Positions 10,301 through 22,300 of a stretch of 64,000 bases of DNA are shown here, piece after piece. Position 1 is the first letter of the stretch. Each line of letters starts with the position of its first letter. A program made the position numbers and the translations under genes. Source of the DNA: Octopus vulgaris (taxonomy: Eukaryota). The notes beneath the pieces are model-generated. The model did no database searches. It was not told where the DNA came from and saw only the letters and a list, made by a program, of their open reading frames with translations. The DNA lies in contig OX597833.1 in NCBI GenBank assembly GCA_951406725.2, positions 45,942,001-46,006,000 on the forward strand, in the 5' to 3' direction.

Positions 10301-13300
10301 AGTGTTGGTGTGTTTACATCCCCATAACTTAGAAGTTTGGCAAAGGAGGGGATCAATTAATTTGATTAGAATTCTTCAAAGCAGTGCCCAACATGGCTGC
10401 AGTCTGAGGGAAACAAGTAAAAGCTAAAAGATAATTTCTTTTACAGTAAAAATAATAATAATAATGTTTATGTAAATATTATTACTATGGCATCTTGACA
10501 AGTAGGAGAGACTATCTGGATTGAAATTAGCCTGCAGTAGAGTGTCGGGGACAAAATTAGCTTATGGAGGACCTAATTTTGTATATAGTACATAGATTGA
10601 TTCTTTTTTTTAAACTATTTTTTAAAATTCCTTTTATATGCCATCAAATACAGTATGTATATGTTTCTTCAAATTTTCATTGCATTCTGTATATCTACCT
10701 ATCTACCCACCTGCCTGCCTGCCCACCCACCCACACTGGAAAATAAACAAAGGTTATGCAATGAACTTCATTAGCTTACAACTGTTTCTGCTTATAAGAT
10801 GTGATGGACACTTGAGTACTCAGATAACATCCTATAGCTTCATCAGACCCTTGAATATGAAGTGCACTTTATTTGGGAAAATTGCATTTTTGAATCGTAC
10901 AGATATATGTATGTATATATATATATATATAAAGTTAATTCAAACAAGAAAGCACAAAAAAACACAACAACGCGAGGATGTGGAACAAATATAGTATTAT
11001 TGGATGCTCAGGAAAGAAGGAGGGTTTAACGTTTCGAGCAGAGCTCTTCGTCAGAAACATAGGAGAAGGAAAGATCCAGAGAAGGGAAGACAGAGGAGAA
11101 AAAATAACCAACGGTACACACGCGGTATATATATCACTGTGATCACCATGACCGATCAGGCTATCAGATGTTGCTACACATCACTGGTCACAATGTGCTT
11201 CGCATTGTTTTAGCCTTCAAATGACGCCACCCTGCTGGCTAAGCAAGCAGGCCAACAGAAGAAAGAGAGAGAAAATTGTGGCGAAAGAGTACAGCAGTGA
11301 TTACCACCACCCACTGCCAGAGCCTCGTGGAGCTTTAGGTGTTTTTGCTCAATAAACACTCACAATGCCCGGTCTGGGAATCGAAACTGTAATCCTACAA
11401 CCGTGAATCCACTGCCCTAACCACTGGGCCATTGCGCTACCACATGTGTGTGTATGCGTGCGTGCTTGCATAAGTGTGTCAGTAAAAAGGTTGAATTATA
11501 TTTCGTCCTTTAATTTGGAGGATTCCAGAAAATATTTCTAATATAGATTCTTCATATTTTGCTGGTAGCTTACTGGTGTAAGTTTGCGAATATGAAAACA
11601 ATACATGTATATGGTGTGTTATGTGAATTTATGGAAAGAAATCCCATAAAACTCAAAAAATTTATTAAAAATGAAGAAGAGATGTTAAAATTTAAGAGAA
11701 TTCTCTTAAATTGTAACATCTTCTCTTCTCCATTTTTAACATATTGTGGTACCAGTGCCGGTGGTACGTAAAAAGCACCATCCGATTGTGGCCATTGCCA
11801 GCCTCGCCTGGCCTCCGTGCCGGTGGCACGTAAAAAAGCACCATCCGATCGTGGCCGTTTGCCAGCCTTGTCTGGCACTTGTGCCGGTGGCACGTAAAAA
11901 GCACCCACTACACTCACGGAGTGGTTGGCGTTAGGAAGGGCATCCAGCCGTAGAAACATTGCCAGATCAGACTGAGCCTGGTGCAACCTTCTGGCTTCCC
12001 AGACCCCAGTTGAACCGTCCAACCCATGCTAGCATGGAAAGCAGACGCTAAACGATGATGATGATATAAGTTGCATGGCTGAGTGGTTAGGAAATTGCAC
12101 TCATGATCACAAGATTGTTGTTTCAATTCCAAAACTGAGTTGTGTGTTGTGTTTATATATATTTAAATCTTTTTTTATTTTTCTTTCAATTTAGGAAAAG
12201 TGGATGTTAATGTACAAAGCTTTGCTGGTGAAACTCCTCTCCTTCTAGCTGCACGTAAAGGACATTATCAGTGTGTTTCTGCATTGTTGCATTGTGGAGC
12301 AGATCCAAATTTAACAACACCTGAAGGTCTCAGTCCACTGTGGGAAGGTAAGTATTACTAAATATTCTCAGATATGCCTGCAATCTATGCAAAATCTACA
12401 ACATTTAGTTGTTTAGCCTCTGATCATCTCTGGCCATGTTGACACTATGGTCAAAAGCAGTCCAACTGTGACCCTCCTAGCTTTCTGTGCATCCTTTGGT
12501 CAAATGTAGTTTTCATTTCAAACATTTGGATGTGACTAGGGACAGATTTAACTGTTATTTCTTGCAGGTCAAAGTTTTTTTTTGTTTTTTATTAGTTTGT
12601 TTTTAAATTGAGCAGGGAACATTTAAGCTTTGCTCTGAAGAGTTTAGGTTTGAGCATAAATACATTGACTTCATTGAGTATTCAGGAATTCACCCTCGAA
12701 AGAGAGAGGACTGCAGACAACAACCTTAGGGACTTGAAGTATCTTCCTGATGTACTAATATCAGAATCCTCAAGGAGTTACTCGGTTTCTTGGAATCTCG
12801 TTAAGGAACCATGAAAATATATCATTTGCATAATTTATCCTACAGTCAACTAACATGTCAGACTGAACTGATACAATACCCAATCTACCTTGGCTCTATG
12901 GTACCTCAACCATTCAGGAGGTTGCATTGCAGACAACAGTAGGTTATCCAAATGTCATGACTGGGATGTGGCACAGCTCCCTGAGAGTGTAATGTGTTAA
13001 GGTCCAAAACGCTTGCATAAGATAGTGGTGGGCTTCTCTAAAGACCTTCTACTGTTCAGCTCTCCTTACAGTTACTTACTACTACTAAGCAGTATTTTAT
13101 ATAAGACTAGCAGAATTGCCCGGCGTTGCTCGGGGCTGAATTGCTTGAAAGTACTGTTAATGATTGCACTGAATTATGATGATTATTCAGGCAAATATTG
13201 ATATAAGTTTACGGTGGGAGATAAGGACTTAACGATCAAACGTGAGCCATTGCATTGTTTTGGGGGAACCAAATTTCTGATGAGCATTATAGGGGCACCA

Positions 13301-16300
13301 ACTTTAAGTTTGAGAAAGTGTGGTGGTAGTCCGAGGTGCTCAAAGGAATTGAGTACCTCTATTGGATAGTTGATGACGTCCTCTGGGTCAGGAGTTGTAT
13401 CGATAGACTGATATACATAGACTTCCCCAGGAATGAGTTTTAGCATTTCATCATTAATATGGTAAACAGTTTTATTCCTCGGGGCCAGTATAGCCTTTTT
13501 GCCAATCCAATCCATATTCTGATAATTAGCTTGTAGATCTGGGAACACTGCATCTCTGAGATCAGAAGGCGTCTTAACAATGTTACAAATGGAATCGATG
13601 GCAATATTACCATTTTCATCCCCTGGTATCTTGCCTTCGCCAAGTGCAAGGAGGGTGTGAGGAAATGCTGCTGATGTGATATTACGTCGCATATGAGCAC
13701 GCATATTGGTGTGAAGTTTGAGTTACTTCCCTTTATTAAAAAAAATATGCATTAAAATGGAAAAAAATGATGGTAAATTATTTGTAAAATCATAGACTCA
13801 TCGTAGACGCGCGCTAATACCCAGAAGGGCTCGATATGAATCACGACTATAAGATACCCGGTTTTGGTTAAACTGCATCGCAAAATGTGGGAGTAGTTAG
13901 GAATCTAAATCGGAGTAGACAGACACACAACCTTTCATTTATATATAAATATTTTCGTCCTAAAAAACTTTGTATGGATTGAATGGTTACCTCTATGGAA
14001 ATATATACACGCACATTATACATACATGTGTGTATAGATGAATATATAAATACATTTAAATATCTATATACACTTTTGGGCGATCTTTCTGTTTCTTAGA
14101 GATAACTTTATCCCGTCCGATTCGCTCCAAAATTTACAGGGACATGTAGAATGAGGTGACGATGCTCGTGGGCTACCTTAGAAATCCCTATCTTAAAAGG
14201 TGTGGTTGCTAGGGGCCATCTTCCTCACTCACCCTATTTCCTCCAGTACCCTTTCACTCCTCTTCATTTGACAAGCCACTACGGTTATTTAATGTAAAGT
14301 CTTCCTCAAATCACTCTCTCGCTATTTACTCTCTTCCAAGAACATTTTCACTCACTCTTAGCTTCCCATACATTTTACTCATGTATCTATCAGCGTCATA
14401 GACAGAAACAAATATTACATCGCCATCGCCATCGCATTCTATTGTCTACCTGTCAACACACACACAGGGAATTACTTTGACTTTATTCGTTGCACACTGT
14501 GTGTGTGCGTGTGCGTGTGCTGTAGACCACACTAAGAGAAGCATTTGACTCCTACACCACAATGTGAGTTTTCTCTAAATTTTGCTTAATTGGGGTTGAA
14601 ATTTTAAAAAGTGGACCTGGCAAAACCCGATGCATTCTACTCTTAAAAATGCTAGGTAAATTGTAATTGAAGAAATCCTATATTGTAGATTTCTATAAGA
14701 GACAAAGGGAGGCAGATAAAATCTGCCTTTTATAATAAGAGATTAATGTTACAGACAGTGTAGCAATAAACTAATTAAATGGTTTGCATGAATTGTTCAG
14801 TCTTGTTATAAAAGAATGTAAATGAAAGTGAAATTAAGGGGACGTGTCATGTAATTGGCTGCTGCTTTGCGCAAAATAATTTGAAAAAATAGTTGGGGAC
14901 AGGCGTAGGAGTGGCTGTGTGGTAAGTAGCTTGCTTACGAATCACATGGTTCCGGGTTCAGTCCCACTGCGTGACACCTTGGGCAAGTGTCTTCTACTAT
15001 AGCCTCAGGCTGGCCAAAGCCTTGTGAATAGATTTGGTAGATGGAAACTGAAAGAAGCCCGTCGTATATATGTATATATATATATATGTGTGTGTGTATG
15101 TTTGTGTGTCTGTGTTTATCCCCCCTCCCAACATCGCTTGACAACTGATGCTGGTGTGTTTACATCCCTGGAACTTAGCTGCTCAGCAAAAGAAACCAAC
15201 AGAATAAGTACTATGCTTACAAAGAATAAGTGACTGAAACAAGTAAAAGAGTAAAAGATAAATTGGCATCTTTCACCTCTGGTACATGGCACTTTTCATC
15301 AAACATTAATCACCCATTCAGAGTTAATACCTATGGACACAGACAGAACTATGTGGTCAAGAAGATTGCCAACAGCCGCGTAGTTCTGGGTTTAGTCCCA
15401 CTGTACTGCACTTTGGGCAAGTGTCTTGTGGTGGTGGTTGTGGTTTTTATATTTTGAATTCAGGCAAGTTATATTGATCCTTAACCCTTCTCTTGGGCAT
15501 CTGCAACTTGGAGAAGGTGAGATTTGTTGCATAGACAACTGTCAGGGCCTGCACCTAGCAGTGAAACTTTCCCCAGTGAAGGTACATGTACTGCTGTGAC
15601 CAATGAAAGCCCTGGGCATATGCATGTTTGTGTTCAGATGTTTGAATATAGACCGATATTTCTCGCTAATACTAACAAGGGAGGTAACTCTAACTAACGG
15701 TTATAACTCGTTGAACTCCGTCATTCCTTGGGGAGAAGTCATAAAATAAGTACGAGACTGCAATTGATGTGCTGGCAGAAACGTTAGCACGCCAGGCGAA
15801 ATGCGTAGCCGTATTTCGTCAAGCGGTACATTCTGAGTTCAAATTCTGTCGAGGTCAACTTTGCCTTTCATCCTTTCGGGGTCGATAAATTAAGTACCAG
15901 TTACACACTGGGGTCGATGTAGTCGACTTAATCCCTTTGTCTGTCCTTGTTTGTCCCCTCTGTGTTTAGCCCCATGTGGGTAGTAAAGAAATAGATATAA
16001 TTAATAAAAAAAAATTTTTTGAAAGCAGTGCCCTAACATGGCCAATCTACTGGTTGACACCAGCAAAATAAGACTACTAGTTGAAACATCATACTTCTCG
16101 TATACCTTAGCTCATTCATTTTTTTCAACTCGCGTTCAGGCATGCAGATTATTTCAACTATCCTTGCTATATTATGAGCTGGCTACGTGCTATCATCATT
16201 AATTTTTTTTTGAAAGTTATTTATACCAGAAGGCTACTTGTGAATTCAATTCCCTGCGACGCAGTGCGTCCTTGAACAAGACACTTTGTTTCACGTTACT

Positions 16301-19300
16301 CCAGCCCACTCACCTGGCAAAAACGAGTTGTACCTGTAATTCGAAGGGCCAGCCTTGCCTCATTCTGTGTCATGCTGACTCTCCCTGAGAACTATGTTAG
16401 GGGTACACGTGTCTCTGGAGTGCTCAGCCACATGCATGTTAATTTCACGAGCAATCTGTTCTATTGGTCGGATCAACTGGAACCCTCATTGTCCTAACCA
16501 ATGGAGTGCCAGATGCTCCTCACAGAAATATTGTCGCTGTTGGATGTCTACACTCTGTTACCCTTAAAGCACATGTTGTACAATGACGATGTTTAGAAGG
16601 ATTTTCAAGGAAGGAGTTATTTAACAACAATGAACAACAAATTAGTTGGAAATTGATAATTAAAATTTTTTTTTTCTATTTTCTAATTTAAGTATTTTTT
16701 TCTAGGCATAGGAGTGGCTGTGTGGTAAGTAGCTTGCTTACCAATCACATGGCTCCGGGTCAGTCCCTCTACGTGGCACCTTGGGCAAGTGTCTTCTACT
16801 ATAGCCTTGGGCTGACCAAAGCCTTGTGAGTGGATTTGGTAGACGGCAACAAGTAAAAGAGTATTATTAACCTTGTGTTTGTAACATAACAGAAGTATCT
16901 TATATAAAATTATGATGGAAAGTTTTAATTCAAATTTAAACATTTTAAAACAAGCATTTTTGTATCATGATACCAAATGTTGTCTGATGTGGGTTGATAT
17001 GAAATAATAATTATATAGCGAAATAGGTGAGTCCAAAGAAAGGTATGTTGGGCTATGTTTAAAAATGGTAATGCAAAAAGATCACACAATGGAATACACA
17101 CTCATCTCTCTCCAGTGAGAACTTCAACTCAAATTGTTTGAAATCTCTTCTGCTTAGCATAAAATTTATTTCAGTTTATTGCATTATAGGCACAGGCATG
17201 GCTGTGTGGTAAGAAGCTTGCTTCCCAACTACATGGTTCCAGGTTCAGTCCCATTGCATGGCACCTTGAGCAAGTGTATTTTACTATAGCCTCAGGCCAA
17301 CCAAAGCCTTATGAGTGGATTTGGTAGATGGAAACTAAAAGAAGCCTTGTATATATATTTGTGTGTGTATGTGTGTATATTTGTATATATTTGTGTGTGT
17401 CCGTGTTTGCCCCCTCCCCCCAAAGGAATGCTTGACAACCGATGTTGGTGTATTTAAGTCCCTGTAACTATGCAGTTGGGCAAAAGAGGCTGAACATACT
17501 AACTTATTTCATTCAATCTATTTGTAACATGAAGCTGATTTGATTTTCTCATCAAAGCTTAATATCTCCTTGTATTCTTTTGTGTATTTCAAGCTGTTAC
17601 TGCTCGCAGTTTTCCGTGTGTGAATCTACTGGTCGATAAAGGTGCTGACATTGAAAATAAAAATTATACCCAAGCTACTTCGCTGCATCAAGCTGTTGAC
17701 TTAAATGCGGTACAAATAGTCAATTTCCTATTGAAGGCTGGAGCCAACATTGATGTTGTTGATGAAAATTTGCTGACTCCACTGTTTATGGCTGCTCAAC
17801 GAGGGAATTATGAATGTCTGAAATTACTGTTGGAGAAATCCGTTGAAGAAGGTTTGATGGTTTATCTGAGAAATTTACTTGACTTGAAAAAAAAAAAATT
17901 ATCTCAATTTTCTATTAGTTTTAATCTTTATATATAAAATTTAAGTTGTGTGTGTGAGACTCTGTCTCCTCCGATTTAGATTCCTAACTACTCCCACATT
18001 TTGCGGTGCAGTTTAACCAAAAGCGGGTATCTTATAGTCGTCATTCATATCGAGCCCTTCTGGGTATTAGCGCGTGTCTACGACGAGTCTACGATTTAAA
18101 AAAAAATTTACCATCATTTTTCCTCATTTTTAATGATTTTTGCTCGGGTTATTTAAGGGAAGTAACTCTCGAAAAATGCTTATATAGTTATTTCCCTTAC
18201 AAACCCGAGCAACGCTGGGCGATACTGCTAGTTATGTTATAAAGTTTGAGTTAGCAGAATATTTAGTACATCGGACAAAATGCTTAGTGGGATTTCTTCA
18301 AATTCTTTATATTCTGAGTTGAAATACTGCCAAGGTGAACTGTGTCTGTCATCCCTCAAGGGTTGATAAAGTACCACTCAAATACTTGGGTTGATGTAAT
18401 TAATTTACCCTTACCCTCAAAATTGCTGGTCTTGTGTTAAAATTAGAATTATGTTATAAGTTACTATTGTTGCTTTAATCCTTTATTATGATTTACTGTT
18501 ATTTATAACTTGTGACTATGTTTTAATTAATTACAATCACTCTATTTTGTGACTTTACCATCTACTGTTTTTGACGTTTAACCTTAGCTCAGCTATGATC
18601 AATGATTTTAGACTCCGTTATTTACTTCTCTCTCTCTTCTTTCCAACTGGGGTGGCTGTGTATCTCCTCTAGTGAAAGGCACATATCTCTGTCCCTCTAT
18701 TATATTTTAACTTCTCTCCACCTGGTATAAAACCAACTCCCTTAATACTATTCTCCACTCAGTTGAACGGAGTCTTGTCTTACAAGTTATTTGGTGACCT
18801 AACTGGTGGTGCTGATACCATGTAAAAAAAAAAACACCCAGTACACTTTGTAAAGTAGTTGACATTAGGGAGAGCTGTAGCCATAGAAACTATACCAAAA
18901 TAGACATTGGAGCTTGGCACAGACCTCTGGTTTGTCAGCTCTTATCAAACCATCCAACCCATGGAAAATGGTTGTTAAATGGTAACGATTATCCATTTTT
19001 ATTTTTTAAGACAGTAATTGGTAGTTTGAGATAAATTTAACTGCTTTTTCTAGCTGGTCAAGTAACCATGTAGAGACTTCTTTTTTGAATCATACAATCT
19101 TAAGATAACACATTGACTTGTTTTGTCTTGGGAAATATAAATTGAGAGCTAATCTTTTAAATGTTGTGCAGTCATACAGTTCTATACTTAAGAGATGAGG
19201 AATTATGTACATTATTTACATTTGATGGATATTTGTCCTCATCTTGTTTGTTGTTAACACAATGTTTCGGCTGGTATACCCTCCAGCCTTCATCAGACAG

Positions 19301-22300
19301 AGAACACCACTGGAAAATATGAAAGCTAAAAGAAGCAGCCTATATGCTAGGACACAACAACTTCCTAAGCAGACTGAGTGCAGATATGAATAGCATATGG
19401 GAACCAGTATTAAGGAAGGATAGGAAAATAACCGGCCTGTTTAAAAGTACTCTTCAATACATCAAGCAAAATATGCCTTGCTTGAGATCTGTTGAGTCAA
19501 ATGAAATCATTGTCATGGCCTTTGCCAGTGCCACCTGACTGGTGCCCATGCCAGTGGCACATAAAAACACTGTTCGAGCATGGCTGATGCCAGTTCTGGT
19601 GGCACATAAAATGCACCATTCTTGCATGGTTGGTGTCAGTGCCACCTGACTGGCACATAAAAAGCACCATTCGAGCATGGTCGATGCCAGTACTGCCTGA
19701 CTGGCCTCCATGCTGGTGGCATGTAAAAAGTACCCACTACACTCTCAGAGTGGTTGGCGTTAGGAAGGGCATCCAGCTGTAGAAACTTTGCCAGATCAGA
19801 CTGGAGCTTGGTGCAGTCTCTTGGCTTACCAGTCCTCTGTCAAACCGTCCAACCCATGCCAGCATAGAAAGCAAGCCTTAAATGATGATGAGGAGGAGGA
19901 GGATGATAATTCTTTGTATCTTAATGTTATTAGTCACAATTTATTTTAGAATATTCTTAATTGTTTAAGCCTAACAGAACTGAAACATATCTCTTGCTAT
20001 TACCAGTTGGTTTTAACTCTTTTCTTTTCATATCTTTCATATCTCATCATCATCATCATCATCATCATCGTTTAAACGTCCATTTTCCGCGCTAGCACGG
20101 GTTGGACGGTTCGACCGGGGTCTGGGAAGCTAGGGTCTGCTCCAGACTCCAGTCTGATCTGGCAGAGTTTCTACGGCTGGATGCCCTTCCTAACGCCAAC
20201 CACTCCGCGAGTGTAGTGGGTGCTTTTTACGTGCCACCTGCACAGGTGCCGGGGGGGGGGTCCGGCATCGGTCACGATCGGTTCGAGCTTTTAACGTGCC
20301 AGCGGCATGGAAGCCAGCCAAGGCGGCGCTGGCAACGTTCGGATCGTCTTTTTTTATGTGCCAGTCGGGGCGGCACTGGCATCGGCCACGTTCGGATGGT
20401 GCTTTTTATGTGCCACCGGCACAGAAGCCAGTCGGGGCGGCGCTGGCATCGGCCACGTTCGGATAGTGCTTTTTATGTACCACCGGCACAGGCATCATAA
20501 CTACTATTTCCATTGATATTTATTTCATTTAATCTTGAAAATAATGAAGAAGTTGATAAAATAACTTGTTAGTATTAATGTGCTATTTGGAACATAGATT
20601 AAATTGAAATTTTAATAGAAAGTTTTAATTTAGGTCACTTGAAACAAGAACAAGGGGATGAGCTCTGGTGCGTTGGTATCAGAAAGGTTAAAGACCTGAT
20701 TGACTCCAGTGTGCATTGCCTTTATTGTCAAAAAAAAAAAAATTTTGTTTCGATTAACTGAGCTTATTGCAGTTATGTCCCTTATTTTATTTTTTTTCTT
20801 TTGCTCTTTTCTTTAACTTATTTCAAGGATTTGACTGTGGCCATGCTGGAGCACCAAAGAAATTGACCCCAGGACTTATTCTTTGTAAGCCTAGTACATA
20901 TTCAATCAGTCTCTTTTGCTGAACCACTAAGTTACGAGGACATAAACACACCAGCATCAGTTGTCAAGCAATGGTGGAGGTACAGGCACAGACACACATA
21001 AATATATACATGCATATCATCATCATCACCATCGTTTAGCGTCCAAACATGGGTTGGACGGTTCAACTGGGGTCTGGGAAGCCAGAAGGCTGCACCAGGC
21101 CCAGTCTGATCTATGTGTGTATATATATACACACACACACATACACAGCACATGAAAAAAAACACTCGAATGAGGTCGTTGCGTATGCCACTAGACTGGC
21201 TCCTGTGCAGGTGGCATGTAAAAAACACCATTTGAGCATGGCCATCGCCAGTACTGCCTGACCAACCCTCGTGCTGGTGGTATGTAAAAGCACCCACTAC
21301 ACGCTCGGAGTGGTTTGCGTTAGGAAGGGCATCAAGCTGTAGAAACTCTGCCAGTCAAAACGTCCAATCCATGCCAGCATGGAAAATGGACGTTAAACGA
21401 TGATGATGATGATGATATATATATATATATACATACATACACATTCACACGATAGGCTTCTTTCAGTTACCATACACCAAATCCACTCACAACAGTGCTT
21501 TGGTTGGCCTGAGGTTATAGTAGGAGACACTTACCCACTTCTACATGGTGGGACTGAACCTGGGACCATGTGGTTGGGAATCCAGCTTCATACCTATTTA
21601 CTCTTTTTTTTTTTTTTTTTTTTTATACTTGTTTCAGTCATTTGACTGCAGCCATGCTGGTGCACCGCCTTTAATCAAGCAACTCGACCCCAGGACTTAT
21701 TCTTTTGTAAGCCCAGTACTTATTCTATCGGTCTCTTTTGCCGAACCGCTAAGTAACGGGGACATAAACACACCAGCATCGGTTGTCAAGCAATGCTAGG
21801 GGAACAAACACAGACACACACACACACACATATATATACATATATACGATGGGCTTCTTTCAGTTTCCGTCTACCAAATCCACTCACAAGGCTTTGGTCG
21901 GCCCGAGGCTCTAGTTGAAGACACTTGCCTAAAGTGCCATGCAGTGGGACTGAACCCGGAACCATGTGGCTGGTAAACAAGCTACTTACCACACAGCCAC
22001 TCCTATTTATTTAACTTTCAAACAGCTGTAGGGGTTATTCTACTAATCAATTGGATAATCAAAAAGATCTTATCATATTTATAAATATTTGCTTCTGACT
22101 CACTACTTATGGTTTTCTAGACACAACATTATGTGTATGCCTTTGTGTTTGTCGAGCTGGTGTTGGTTTGTTTACATCACCAGTTCAGCAAAAGAGACTG
22201 ATGGAATAAATAAATAAATACCAGACTTCAAAAGAAAAAAATATATATATAAGTATGCAGGTTCATTTGTTAGGCTAAACATTTCGATGCAGTGCCCCAG

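Noticed and set aside
12600-13020. Possible extra exon or retroelement ORF
   Set aside because: No recognisable motif; the ASB3 CDS is already complete and in frame without it
13183-13704. Host PIF1 helicase gene
   Set aside because: Truncated fragment inside Helitron termini, antisense within an intron
17852-17937. ORF-track extensions beyond splice donors (also 3382-3518, 27753-27871, 53515-53613)
   Set aside because: Intronic read-through; homology stops at canonical GT donors
20102-20516. Recurrent ORFs of the type LRLDALPNANHS..VGAFYVPP
   Set aside because: Antisense translations of the RTE 3' UTR repeat found at many loci
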